64,000 bases of DNA, from positions 14,730-78,729 of the forward strand of contig CAYWPR010000010.1 of the NCBI GenBank assembly GCA_964460115.1, in the 5' to 3' direction. How positions within the stretch are numbered: the stretch's first letter is position 1; each line of letters starts with the position of its first letter. This document shows, one piece after another, positions 18,554-28,104 of the stretch. Below the pieces are notes generated by a model, which ran no database searches, had not been told where the DNA came from, and worked only from the letters and a program-made list of their open reading frames with translations. Source of the stretch: an uncultured Myxococcales bacterium. Its GTDB lineage: Bacteria > Myxococcota_A > Polyangia > Palsa-1104 > JAEUJZ01. The position numbers were made by a program, and so were the translations under genes.

Positions 18554-18695
18554 TACGCACGCGGGCACTTTGGCGACCTCGCACATTCGCTTATAAATAG
18601 CGCGCTTCTGGCACCATCTAGGATTCGAGCTAGACTCGTCGGTTAGAAGCTTTTTCTACCTTTTGCTGCGGCCCATGCGCCTCGAGAGAGGTACC

Positions 18696-19832
18696 ATGTC
18701 AATCGACTTCGCAGGCTCGCCCCGGCCGACCATTGGGGTTGAAATTGAACTTCAACTGGTCGATCCGCAGACCTTAGACCTGTTGCCACGATCTATCGAA
18801 CTTCTGGATCTGTGTGAACGGCGACGCATAGAACGGGTCAAGGCCGAGATTACGCAATCCATGATCGAGATCGATACGGAGATTGCCACGGACGTAAAAC
18901 AGTGCCGCGGCTATCTGGAAAAGCGAATCGCGCTCTTGCAGAATGCCGCCGAGGATCTGGGAATTCATTTGTGCGTCTCGGGCACACATCCCTATCAGCG
19001 CTGGGTCAATCGAAAAATTTATCCGAGCAATCGTTTTCAGTATCTGCTGAACAAGTTTCAATGGCTGGCCCGGCGGCTGACCGTTTATAGCATGCACGTT
19101 CACATCGGCGTCAAAAGCGGCGATCACGCCATTGCCATCGCCAACCATATGATTTCCTACTTGCCGCATCTGTTGGCGCTATCGGCCAGCTCGCCCTATT
19201 GGGAGGGCATCGACACCGGAATGCAGTCCTGTCGCGCCGGGGTCATGCAATCCTTTCCGATTTCCGGAGTTCCTTATTTTTTTCCGAACTGGAGCGGCTT
19301 TGAAGAGTACTGCAGCACGCTGCTAAAAGTCGGCGCCATTGCTTCGCTAAAAGACTGCTACTGGTTCATTCGCCCAAATCCCGTTTTTGGAACGCTGGAA
19401 TTTCGCATCTGCGATGGCATTCCGACGCTGGTTGAAACCATGGCGCTGGTTGCGCTGATTCAATGCTTGGTGGTTTGGATTGACGAAGGGCTGCAACGCG
19501 GCACGCGCAAAAGCGAGGTCTCGATGCGCCGCTACTGGATGGCTCCCGAAAACATCTGGATTGCTGCCCGCGATGGTTTGGAAGGAATGATCATTGCCGA
19601 TGAAGAAGGCGAGCGTCGCCAAGTCGGCGAAGACATCGAGCTGCTTATCGAGCGGCTTTTGCCCGTGGCCAAGCGCTTAAACTGCTTAGAAGAGCTTTTG
19701 TTTCTTCCCGAAATCATTCGACGCGGCCCTAGCGCCACCCGTCAGCGAGTCATTTTTTGCCAAACCAATAGCCTGACGGCTGTGGTCAATTCGCTCATCA
19801 AGGAATTTAAAAACGATCAAATCGCCGGTTAA
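18696..19832 (+). CDS. Carboxylate-amine ligase (glutamate-cysteine ligase family 2, YbdK-like)
   Basis: GCS2 family motifs are present: PTIGVEIELQLVD, HVHIGV and FRICD. A GAGAGAGG RBS precedes the ATG at 18696. Confidence 0.85.
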   Translation: MSIDFAGSPRPTIGVEIELQLVDPQTLDLLPRSIELLDLCERRRIERVKAEITQSMIEIDTEIATDVKQCRGYLEKRIALLQNAAEDLGIHLCVSGTHPYQRWVNRKIYPSNRFQYLLNKFQWLARRLTVYSMHVHIGVKSGDHAIAIANHMISYLPHLLALSASSPYWEGIDTGMQSCRAGVMQSFPISGVPYFFPNWSGFEEYCSTLLKVGAIASLKDCYWFIRPNPVFGTLEFRICDGIPTLVETMALVALIQCLVVWIDEGLQRGTRKSEVSMRRYWMAPENIWIAARDGLEGMIIADEEGERRQVGEDIELLIERLLPVAKRLNCLEELLFLPEIIRRGPSATRQRVIFCQTNSLTAVVNSLIKEFKNDQIAG

Positions 19833-19841
19833 TAGCCGAGG

Positions 19842-21323
19842 TTAATCTTTGTCGCGCAGACCGAGCTCTTTCATCTTGGTCTGCAAACTCTTGCGGCTAA
19901 TCCGCAAGTGCCTGGCCGCTTGCGTCACGTTGCCGCTCGTTTGCTCCAGGGCCTTGTGTATCATTTCGCGCTCGACCCGCTCGGTTTCCTGCCGAACGAT
20001 GTCTTTTAGCGAGGTCGGCGCGCGTCCGGCGATCGCGGCCGTTGCCAAAGTAGCCCCGGCATTTCCCGCGGCCCCCATAGGTCCTGCGATTCCAGCAGCG
20101 GCCGCCGTCCCCATTACCGCCGCAGTAACCGGAACGATAGTGGCCGGCAAATCATGCAGCGTCAGAATCGTATTGTCGGTAAGCAGCACCGCGCGTTCCA
20201 ATGTGTTTTCGAGTTCGCGTATATTTCCCGGAAACGGATAGCGCACAAGCGCATCGAGGGCATCGGCACTTATTCCGCTCACCGACTTTTTGAGCCGCTC
20301 ATTGAATTTGGCGATAAAGTGCTCGACGAGTAAATGTATGTCCTGTTGGCGTTCGCGCAGGGCCGGAAGATTGATCGGAACCACGTTCAGACGGTAGTAA
20401 AGTTCTTCGCGGAAGTTGCCTTGCGCGACTTCTTTAATCAGGTCGCGATTGGTGGCGGCGATGACTCGGACATCGACGTGCAACGTCTTTATGCCGCCGA
20501 CGCGCTCAAATTCCGACTCTTGAAGCACCCGCAAGAGCTTGACCTGCATGTCGACGGGCAACTCGCCAATCTCATCCAAAAACAATGTGCCGCGATCAGC
20601 GAGCTCGAAGCGTCCCGGCTTTGAGGACACGGCTCCGGTAAAGGCGCCTTTCTCATAGCCGAATAGCTCCGATTCCATCAAGGTCTTGGGAATTGCCGCG
20701 CAGTTAATTTTGATAAATGCTTCATTTTTGCGGCTGCTGTGCTCATGTAGCGCTCGCGCCACTAGTTCTTTGCCGGTGCCGCTTTCGCCGCTTATAAGCA
20801 CCGTCGACGGGGTATCCGCCACTTTTTCAATCAGCCCAAAGCACTGCTTTAACGCTGGCGCCGTCCCGATTAAGCCAAAGCGTCCAAGGCTAGTCGGCAC
20901 GGCATGAAAATTCATATGAGGCCGCGGCGCCTTCTGATCTAGCTCGAAGCTCGACAGCGCCTTGCGCACAACCTGCAAGATGTACTCTTGATCGGCGCCT
21001 TTTTCGATGTAGTCAAATGCGCCGTGCTTGACGGCCTCGACCGATTCGGTAATGCGGCCATAGGCGGTCCAGATGATCACTTTGAGCTCGGGATAATCGG
21101 CCAAAGCGCGACGAAACAGCGTCATGCCATCGAGCCGCGGCATGCGCAGATCGGTAATCAAGCAGGCGATTTCGCCGTCTCTGCTATGACAGTCCGACAA
21201 GACCGCTAAGGCCTCTTCACCGTCGCGGGCTTCCAAAACATCGTAGCCCTCGCGGCGTAGCAGCGAGCCCAATACTTTTCGCAAGTTGGGCTCATCATCA
21301 ACAACCAGAATACGTCTGTTCAT
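19842..21323 (-). CDS. Sigma-54-dependent two-component response regulator (NtrC family) with an unusual Ala/Gly-rich ~40-aa insert between the AAA+ domain and the HTH
   Basis: The REC domain reads [14 protein letters not shown]...DLRMP. The AAA+ domain has [15 protein letters not shown] and GAFTGA. The Fis-HTH is [26 protein letters not shown]. The insert reads [37 protein letters not shown]. Confidence 0.9.
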   Translation of the reverse strand: MNRRILVVDDEPNLRKVLGSLLRREGYDVLEARDGEEALAVLSDCHSRDGEIACLITDLRMPRLDGMTLFRRALADYPELKVIIWTAYGRITESVEAVKHGAFDYIEKGADQEYILQVVRKALSSFELDQKAPRPHMNFHAVPTSLGRFGLIGTAPALKQCFGLIEKVADTPSTVLISGESGTGKELVARALHEHSSRKNEAFIKINCAAIPKTLMESELFGYEKGAFTGAVSSKPGRFELADRGTLFLDEIGELPVDMQVKLLRVLQESEFERVGGIKTLHVDVRVIAATNRDLIKEVAQGNFREELYYRLNVVPINLPALRERQQDIHLLVEHFIAKFNERLKKSVSGISADALDALVRYPFPGNIRELENTLERAVLLTDNTILTLHDLPATIVPVTAAVMGTAAAAGIAGPMGAAGNAGATLATAAIAGRAPTSLKDIVRQETERVEREMIHKALEQTSGNVTQAARHLRISRKSLQTKMKELGLRDKD

Positions 21324-21477
21324 GGCGGTCGAAAAAAGCGCTTGTAAACCCACGCTCCGACGCTAGCACCAGCGGCCTGCGGTGGTCAAACTTCCCCGGC
21401 CAAACGCGGCGCAGAATGGATGGTGTTTGTTCTCTACATCCCCAAAATAGCGTCGGCTGTGCTAAATTGACGATAGA

Positions 21478-22563
21478 ATGGCCGGAAAAGCGATCGATTC
21501 CGAAGCCTTTGACCCAGGCATTTACAGCGAGCCGCCCCAGCTTGATACAAATGGTATGCTTGCGCTTGGTCGGGCTCTTGTGTACCTGGCGCCGGCCCCG
21601 CCACCGCCTCCGCTTCTTGCGCCTTTGTTTCGTCTGAAGCAAGCATGGGAAGAACTGAATTCCCTTCAAAAATTGGTGATCGACTCGGCCAGTCAGTCAA
21701 GCTCGCGCAAACCATCCACCGACGTTGCCATGGACAATGCCTGGACGGCGCTTTATGAACGGCTGCATGCTTACGCATTGCTACCCGACACGGAAATTCC
21801 CTACGCGCGTCGGGCCCAGGACTTGGTCCGTTTGCTATTTCCCGACGGTTTGGGCTTTTTGAAGCTGCCTTTTGAGCAAGAATGGTCCGAAAGCGGCAGC
21901 CGCTTGCGCATTATCGACAGGCTGAAACTGACGGAAGAAATCGATGCGCTGGCCGGAATCGAATTTTTACGCCAGGTCCGTAGTGTTCAGGATGCCTACA
22001 GCAAGCTGGCGGGTGTGGCCGGAAACCCCACGACGCAGGCGCCGCCGGCCGAAGACAATAACATCCGTGATTTACGCGCCGCCCTGGGACGATGCATTTC
22101 GCAATATGCCTTAAAAGTTTTGACCTTGGCCGATGAAGACCGCAACCAAGTTCGCCGTTTGCTGGCCCCTTTGGTCGAGCACCACCGCTTGGCGGAGAGG
22201 CGGCCAAGTTCAAGTGGGCTCTTCGCGGCAAATCGATTGCCCAGCGATAATCGCATCACCCCTGACCCGCGGCTCCTCAGTGAATCTCGCAACAGCATAG
22301 AGCCACGACCTAGCGGCGAAGCTCGCCCCAGCCTGCCAGGCGATCGAAAATACTCGACCTCTAGACCCAGCGATTCGGGCATCTTTCGTACTCAGAATAA
22401 TGCTGGCACGGTCCGACCAGTTCCGGACGCAGGAAGTGGGCCGCTACGCGACTCTGGACTTTTTCGCGTCAATAGTAACGGCACGGTCCGGCCAGTGACC
22501 GACTCGGGAAGCGGGCCGCTGCGCGACTCTGGACTTTTTCGCGTCAAGAAACCTGGGGAGTGA
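21478..22563 (+). CDS. Hypothetical protein with a C-terminal ~25-aa tandem repeat (SG(I/L)FR...GTVRPV.D.GSGPLRD)
   Basis: No domain was recognised. A Pro-rich stretch lies near the N-terminus. The gene is divergent from the sigma-54 response regulator. Confidence 0.5.
   Translation: MAGKAIDSEAFDPGIYSEPPQLDTNGMLALGRALVYLAPAPPPPPLLAPLFRLKQAWEELNSLQKLVIDSASQSSSRKPSTDVAMDNAWTALYERLHAYALLPDTEIPYARRAQDLVRLLFPDGLGFLKLPFEQEWSESGSRLRIIDRLKLTEEIDALAGIEFLRQVRSVQDAYSKLAGVAGNPTTQAPPAEDNNIRDLRAALGRCISQYALKVLTLADEDRNQVRRLLAPLVEHHRLAERRPSSSGLFAANRLPSDNRITPDPRLLSESRNSIEPRPSGEARPSLPGDRKYSTSRPSDSGIFRTQNNAGTVRPVPDAGSGPLRDSGLFRVNSNGTVRPVTDSGSGPLRDSGLFRVKKPGE
22372..22560. repeat. Tandem direct repeat of ~75 bp, two full copies plus one partial
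   Basis: The unit ...ggcacggtccg(a/g)ccagt(t/g)(c/a)c(g/c)gac(g/t)c(a/g)gg(a/g)agtgggccgct(a/g)cgcgactctggactttttcgcgtcaa... is repeated. It encodes the C-terminal peptide repeat of the hypothetical protein. Confidence 0.65.
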
Positions 22564-22701
22564 TGTGCTAAGGTGACGACCATGTCGCGGCAAGTCGAAA
22601 TGGTCACGCGCCGGACTTTGCATCGTCATCGCTTGCATAGACCGATGCACGGCCGGTTTGCGCAATTGCATCGAGCTCTTCGAGCTTGGGGGCGCTAAGC
22701 G

Positions 22702-23316
22702 ATGTCTGTCGCGATCTCGCCATCGGCCCGGCTGGCGGCTTATAGCGTGGCCGGCATCCTTACCCTGCTTTTGAGCGGCCATTTTGCCGCCAGCTTGCCC
22801 GATGCCATCGAGCGCGGACGCGAAGGTCTGCGGCGCAACCGCGAAGCGCCATGCCAGGTTCTGCGACCGGCGTCGCTAAACCCCGTTCTTGGCCGCCTGC
22901 CCAAGCCTGCCCCCGACTTCAGCTTGCAAAATCACGCCGGACAGTCGATTTCGCTGAGTAGCCTGCGCGGCCGAGTGGTTCTGGTCAACTTCTGGGCCAC
23001 CTGGTGCGATACTTGCCTCATCGAAATGCCGTCGCTAGAACGACTGGCGACGCGCCTGCAAGGCAAGCCATTTAGCCTTCTTGGAATAAGCGTCGACGAA
23101 AACTGGGATGCGGTGCGCTCATTTTTTCCGCGCGGTTCGACCATGAGCATTCTTTTGGACAAAGACCGCACAGTTCCGCGCAGTTATGGAACTGAAAAAT
23201 TTCCGGAGTCGTTTCTAATCGACGCCCAAGGCAACGTCCGCTACTACGTAATCAGTGAACGGCAAAACTGGCACTCTGACGAAGTACAAAAGTGCATCGA
23301 AGCTCTGCTAGAGTAG
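22702..23316 (+). CDS. Thioredoxin-fold thiol:disulfide oxidoreductase (TlpA/ResA/AhpC-TSA family), secreted
   Basis: A signal peptide is followed by the VVLVNFWATWCDTC active-site (WCxxC) motif. Confidence 0.8.
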   Translation: MSVAISPSARLAAYSVAGILTLLLSGHFAASLPDAIERGREGLRRNREAPCQVLRPASLNPVLGRLPKPAPDFSLQNHAGQSISLSSLRGRVVLVNFWATWCDTCLIEMPSLERLATRLQGKPFSLLGISVDENWDAVRSFFPRGSTMSILLDKDRTVPRSYGTEKFPESFLIDAQGNVRYYVISERQNWHSDEVQKCIEALLE

Positions 23317-23322
23317 CGGCCC

Positions 23323-24315
23323 ATGAGCGCTATCTCTCGCGATGTTGTCTTCTCAGGAATTCAGCCTTCCGGCGGCTTTCATATCGGTAACTACTTGGGG
23401 GCGGTCCGCGATTGGGTCGCCATGCAGGATCGTCACCGCTGCTTTTATTGTGTCGTCGATTTGCATGCGCTGACGCAGACCTATGAGCCGCAGGAAATGT
23501 CCGGCCGAGTGCTGACGATGGCCACCGAGCTTTTGGCCTGCGGCATCGATCCGGATCGCTCGACTCTGTTTGTGCAATCGCACGTGCCCGAGCACGCGGA
23601 ACTGGCCTGGGTTCTGGCCACCGTCGCTCCGATGGGCGAACTGCAGCGAATGACGCAGTTCAAAGAAAAAAGCGAACGGGCCGAGTACGTAAACTGCGGC
23701 ATTTTCACCTATCCGGTTCTGATGGCCGCGGACATCCTCCTTTATAAAGCTGCGTATGTTCCGGTTGGCGAAGATCAGATACAGCATCTTGAACTGACTC
23801 GAGAAATCGTCCGCCGCTTCAACAACCGCTTCGGACCGACATTTGTCGAGCCGCAACCCATTCACAAGACTCCTCTGCGCATCATGGGTTTAGACGGCAA
23901 ACAAAAGATGTCCAAATCGCTTGGCAATTACGTCGCCATTGGCGACGATGCAGAGACGATACGCAAAAAAATCGGCAACGCATTTACCGATGAGACGCGG
24001 CTGCGTAAAAAGGACCCCGGACATCCTGAATCTTGTTATGTCTGCGGGCTGCAAGGCTACTTTTCATCAGCCGAGCGCGTGGCCGAGTTGCATGAAGGCT
24101 GCCGTACTGCGCGCATTGGCTGTGTGGATTCCAAACGCGCCCTGGCCGACGCAATGATCGAAACTCTGCGGCCGATACAAGAGCGCAAGCAAGCGCTGCT
24201 TAGCAACCCCGGCCGGGTCGAAGAGATTCTGCGTGCCGGAGCTGCCACGGCCCGAGTCATCGCCCGACAAACCCTTGCCGAGGTTTATGATCGGCTGGGT
24301 CTATTAAGACGCTAA
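23323..24315 (+). CDS. trpS: Tryptophan--tRNA ligase
   Basis: The class I HIGH-like motif SGIQPSGGFHIGNYLGA and the KMSKS motif are present. Length (330 aa) fits TrpRS. Confidence 0.95.
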   Translation: MSAISRDVVFSGIQPSGGFHIGNYLGAVRDWVAMQDRHRCFYCVVDLHALTQTYEPQEMSGRVLTMATELLACGIDPDRSTLFVQSHVPEHAELAWVLATVAPMGELQRMTQFKEKSERAEYVNCGIFTYPVLMAADILLYKAAYVPVGEDQIQHLELTREIVRRFNNRFGPTFVEPQPIHKTPLRIMGLDGKQKMSKSLGNYVAIGDDAETIRKKIGNAFTDETRLRKKDPGHPESCYVCGLQGYFSSAERVAELHEGCRTARIGCVDSKRALADAMIETLRPIQERKQALLSNPGRVEEILRAGAATARVIARQTLAEVYDRLGLLRR

Positions 24316-24332
24316 GATCTATGACTACCGGC

Positions 24333-24353
24333 GGGGCGTGAATGCCGCGCCCC
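24333..24353 (+). terminator. GC-rich hairpin (GGGGCG..CGCCCC) 15 nt after the trpS stop. No U-tract follows.
   Basis: The inverted repeat was read from the sequence. A 265-bp intergenic region follows. Confidence 0.4.
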
Positions 24354-24580
24354 AACAAGCAATTGCTTTAGAAAGCAGGAGAGTTCGAAGAGCGCTGCGA
24401 CTGAAGCGTCGCCAGACGCGATGGTCCGGGCGGGGTCGGTGAGCTCGTCAATGTGTCCACGTCATTCATGCCTGCGCCGGCCAAAGAGTGCGTGCCAGCA
24501 TATTCGCTTGAATGTTGGCCTCGTAAAGCGCTAACGCTTACGCAAAATTCAAATTCTGTACACTAGGTACGGTAAAAAAG

Positions 24581-25360
24581 ATGAACCCACACTGTATAAA
24601 AATCGAGACAAAGGGAGCAGTCACTACCGTCATCCTAAATCGTCCGCAAGCTCGCAACGCGGTCGACTCTGAAACGGCCCAAGCACTGACGGCTGCGTTC
24701 CGTAGCTTTGATGCCGATCCGCAGGCAAAAGTCGCAGTGTTATGGGGTCAAGGAGGACATTTTTGCGCAGGCGCAGATCTGAAAGAACTTGCTGCTGGAA
24801 ACAGGCCCGCATTGAGCTGTGACGGAGACGCACCGATGGGTCCTAGCCGTCTGCAACTTAGCAAACCGGTCATCGCCGCAATATCCGGACACGCCGTAGC
24901 GGGCGGACTGGAATTGGCATTGTGGTGCGATCTGCGAATCGCTGAATCAACCGCCACCTTGGGAGTCTTCTGCCGGCGCGTTGGCGTACCTCTTATCGAT
25001 GGAGGAACCGTGCGCTTGCCGCAGCTTATCGGCCTAGGCCGAGCAATGGACCTGATTCTGACCGGGCGTGCGGTCTGTGCAGAGGAGGCGCTAGGCATCG
25101 GTCTTGTGAACCGTGTGGTTGCTCCAGAAACGGCGCGGACGGCCGCAGAAGCGCTGGCGGCTGAAATCGCCGCACTGCCGCAAACCTGTCTGCGTAGCGA
25201 TCGTCAGGCGCTTTTGGCGCAATATTACGATCCATTGCCGACGGCAGCGGCGCTAAAGCGGGAATTTGAAATCGGCCTGCAAAGCTTGCACAGCGGTGAG
25301 AGCCAGCTTGGCGCCAAGCAGTTTACAGGCGGAGCATTTCGACACGGTCGCGCACAGTAA
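24581..25360 (+). CDS. Enoyl-CoA hydratase/isomerase (crotonase) family protein
   Basis: The crotonase fold is present with an oxyanion-hole region (FCAGADLKE, AAISGHAVAGGLELALWCD). Confidence 0.8.
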   Translation: MNPHCIKIETKGAVTTVILNRPQARNAVDSETAQALTAAFRSFDADPQAKVAVLWGQGGHFCAGADLKELAAGNRPALSCDGDAPMGPSRLQLSKPVIAAISGHAVAGGLELALWCDLRIAESTATLGVFCRRVGVPLIDGGTVRLPQLIGLGRAMDLILTGRAVCAEEALGIGLVNRVVAPETARTAAEALAAEIAALPQTCLRSDRQALLAQYYDPLPTAAALKREFEIGLQSLHSGESQLGAKQFTGGAFRHGRAQ

Positions 25361-25483
25361 ACCTGAAACAGGCGCTGCTCTCGCAAATAGGAACTGCGCT
25401 TCTACATGTACCAGGAATTCATGACAAACGTCTAGCGACGTACCATTCCCATTGCTGGGAAACTGCCGTCCCCCTACGCCGAG

Positions 25484-26149
25484 CTACACTGGAAGTGCGT
25501 TCAAATCAGCAATCTCAAGAACGCGTTTTTGTGCCCCATGCTTCGCCACGTAAATCATCGCCCGACCGAGCTTCTCGGTCGTCGTGACGTGGCGCGGAAA
25601 AAGCGACTTCCACAGCGGATAAAGCGGCGCCGCGACTGCCGCAAGTCCGCGATATAGTTTGCTCGCTGGCTTGATGCCGTGCAGCGGCTGAGTATACGCC
25701 GGCCGAATTGCATAGGACCCTTTAAACGGCATCTTCAGAATGGCGTTTTCGGTCTTTCCTTTGACGCGCGCCCACATCGTACGACCGCTTTCCGTACTAT
25801 CTGTTCCCGTCCCGCTTACAAACAGGAATATTAGGTTCGAGCTGTGGCGCAAAAGCGCCTGCGCCGCCGCCAGCGCCACGTCATAGGTTACGCGATGATA
25901 CTCTGCTTCGGTCATTCCTACCGATGACGCCCCCAGGCAAAAAAAGCAGGCATCATAGCCGCTAAGCTTGTCCTCGATTGCCGAAAAATCAAGGAAGTTC
26001 GAGTGCACAAGCTCGCGCAGCTTCCCATCCTTCTGACCCGTCGGCCGGCGCAGAATGCACAGCGCTTCTTCGATCTCGGGGTCGAGCAGACATTCGCGCA
26101 GCACTCCCTGACCGAGCATTCCCGTTGCACCAAACAAAACAACGCGCAT
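25484..26149 (-). CDS. NAD(P)H-binding oxidoreductase (NmrA/atypical SDR-like)
   Basis: An N-terminal Rossmann motif MRVVLFGATGMLGQGV is present. Confidence 0.7.
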   Translation of the reverse strand: MRVVLFGATGMLGQGVLRECLLDPEIEEALCILRRPTGQKDGKLRELVHSNFLDFSAIEDKLSGYDACFFCLGASSVGMTEAEYHRVTYDVALAAAQALLRHSSNLIFLFVSGTGTDSTESGRTMWARVKGKTENAILKMPFKGSYAIRPAYTQPLHGIKPASKLYRGLAAVAAPLYPLWKSLFPRHVTTTEKLGRAMIYVAKHGAQKRVLEIADLNALPV

Positions 26150-26164
26150 AAGGCTCCTTTCCCA

Positions 26165-27325
26165 TTAATCAATCTGACTCGAGACGATAGGCTCGTCTGT
26201 GGAATTGCGAAAGGGAAGCTTTGGCCACCAGCGCTCTACAGAAGGCGCCTCGGCTGGCTCAAAGCTTTGTCCGGGGCGTGGAATCACCAACTTGACACCG
26301 GCTACCTCGGCCGCGCGCAGCACGCGCTCGACCGGCGCGGTCCAGGCATGTGCCGCCAGCGCGAAAGCCCCCCAGTGTACTGGCAGCATAAGCTGTCCGC
26401 GCACCATCTGATGCGCGCGCACCGCTTGCTCTGGACCGATGTGCCAGTCGGGCCAACCGCTGCCATATTGACCAACTTCAATCATCGTCAGATCGAAGGG
26501 CCCGAGCCGCTGTCCGATCTCGCGCATGGCCGGAAAAAGGCCAGTGTCGCCCGAATAGTACACACGATGGGATGCACTTCGCAGCACATATCCAGCCCAC
26601 AACTTCTTGTCATTGTCGATGAGCAGCCGCCCCGATGCGTGCCGCGCCGGCGTACAGACAATCTCGAGTCCGCCGATGCGCCGACTTTCCCACCAGTCGA
26701 GCTCAACGATGCGCGTTTCGGAAATACCCCAATATACAAGGTGCGCCCCGACTCCGAGCGGAACGACGAAGGTCGTATCCCAGTCCTTCATGGCTCGAAT
26801 TGTCGCGTAGTCCAGGTGATCGTAGTGATCGTGCGAGATCACCACCGCGTCGATGTGCGGCAGCGCCGCCAGCGCAATCGGCGGCGCAAACCAGCGCCGC
26901 GGGCCCAAAAACGGCAGCGGGCCGGCACGCTCGCTCCAGATAGGATCGGTCAGCACACGCTGCCCGTCGATCTCGACCAGCGTCGACGAGTGGCCAAACC
27001 AGGTGACGCGCAGACCGCTTTTTGGCACGACCGCAAGGTTCGCTACATCCATGGCCACAACCGGTAGCGGCGTTTTGGGCGTTAGGTTCGGATCGAGGTG
27101 CCAAAGGCCCTTCATCGAGCGTCCGAAATCATTGTGCAGGGGCTGCGGATTGATGACGTGCGCGTCGCGCCATTCGGGGCAGTGTTCAAGCCTCGCTTGG
27201 CGTGCGCCGACCGCGCGCCGACCAAATGCCCGCCAGCCAATCACGAGGGCGGCGGCGATCGACAGCGCCAGCAAGAGCCCGACGGCACGCAACAAAAAAC
27301 GCAATACGCGTCGCCGTACCGACAT
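26165..27325 (-). CDS. MBL-fold metallo-hydrolase of the NAPE-PLD-like family with an N-terminal TM anchor
   Basis: The HxHxDH motif VISHDHYDHLD is present. The length and surrounding sequence fit the N-acyl-PE phospholipase D-like / Zn-dependent hydrolase family. Confidence 0.75.
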   Translation of the reverse strand: MSVRRRVLRFLLRAVGLLLALSIAAALVIGWRAFGRRAVGARQARLEHCPEWRDAHVINPQPLHNDFGRSMKGLWHLDPNLTPKTPLPVVAMDVANLAVVPKSGLRVTWFGHSSTLVEIDGQRVLTDPIWSERAGPLPFLGPRRWFAPPIALAALPHIDAVVISHDHYDHLDYATIRAMKDWDTTFVVPLGVGAHLVYWGISETRIVELDWWESRRIGGLEIVCTPARHASGRLLIDNDKKLWAGYVLRSASHRVYYSGDTGLFPAMREIGQRLGPFDLTMIEVGQYGSGWPDWHIGPEQAVRAHQMVRGQLMLPVHWGAFALAAHAWTAPVERVLRAAEVAGVKLVIPRPGQSFEPAEAPSVERWWPKLPFRNSTDEPIVSSQID

Positions 27326-27930
27326 CAGTCAGCCTCGCGCAGCGGTAGACACAGCGCACGCACCGCATGATTGAAGCGCTCGACGAACTCAGCGCGCGCG
27401 GCGCAACTATGCTTGAGTCCACGCGCTGTGGCGCTCAGCGTAAAAGCGAGCTGCTTGGCCGTCAGGCCTGTGGGCTTGTATGCCGCGCAAAGCCCCGCGC
27501 CGCGCAAGGCCTTGGCCACCGCCAATGTGAACTGCGCTTCGTGCTCTGCGATAAGCGGGCCGAAAAGGGCGTCACTGGTTTCGCCGAGGTCTGTAGCGCC
27601 GCTGCCCATGATACCGACGAAACGTCCTATCCATTCGTCATACGCGCCGATCAGGCGCTTTTCGATGGGCTTCATGGAATCATCCAGGCAGTTTCTGGCC
27701 GCCTGTAGCGAACTTTCAAGCACTTGCGCCACCGCCGCGCGAAACAAGTCTTCCTTGGTCGCGAAGTACAAATATAAGCCCTGACGCGACACATCGGCAG
27801 CGCGCGCGACCTCGTCCATCGAGGTCTTGCGAAATCCAAAGCGCAAAAAGACGCCAATTGCCGCATCAAGCAGCTTGCGCCTCCGCGTGTCATCTGCTGA
27901 TTTGCTCAGTGCGCCATCATAATTTATCAT
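27325..27930 (-). CDS. TetR-family transcriptional regulator
   Basis: An N-terminal TetR HTH is present (LLDAAIGVFLRFGFRKTSMDEVARAADVSRQGLYLYF). The ATG at 27930 is preferred over the TTG at 27948. Confidence 0.85.
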   Translation of the reverse strand: MINYDGALSKSADDTRRRKLLDAAIGVFLRFGFRKTSMDEVARAADVSRQGLYLYFATKEDLFRAAVAQVLESSLQAARNCLDDSMKPIEKRLIGAYDEWIGRFVGIMGSGATDLGETSDALFGPLIAEHEAQFTLAVAKALRGAGLCAAYKPTGLTAKQLAFTLSATARGLKHSCAARAEFVERFNHAVRALCLPLREAD

Positions 27931-27939
27931 CTTTGATGA

Positions 27940-27969
27940 ATTTGACAATTTATGTCCGTTTTGTCAAAT
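27940..27969. promoter_or_regulatory. Operator-like palindrome ATTTGACAA-N12-TTGTCAAAT, 10 bp upstream of the TetR start in the divergent promoter region. The left arm contains a perfect TTGACA -35 hexamer.
   Basis: Perfect 9-bp inverted repeat arms were read from the sequence. This matches typical TetR autoregulatory operator geometry. Confidence 0.55.
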
Positions 27970-28104
27970 CTGACCAGGCCGGAGTCCGCTTATATCAGCT
28001 ACGATGTATTCTAAGCGCTCACCCTGCATGCAGCGGATAAGCCGGGAAGCGTTCTTTCTGCTTCATGCTAAGCTATGTCGGATTACCTTCTGAAAGGAGT
28101 CTAT

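Noticed and set aside
18554-18695. tRNA-like T-arm hairpin (tctagGATTCGAGctaga) and a possible sigma-54 -24/-12 (TGGCAC...) upstream of the YbdK-like gene
   Set aside because: No matching acceptor, D or anticodon stems could be built. The TGGCAC is not followed by TTGC at the correct spacing.
26003-27067. 354-aa plus-strand ORF
   Set aside because: It lies entirely antisense to the MBL-fold hydrolase gene, whose HxHxDH motif supports the minus-strand frame. It is an Arg/Pro-rich high-GC artefact.
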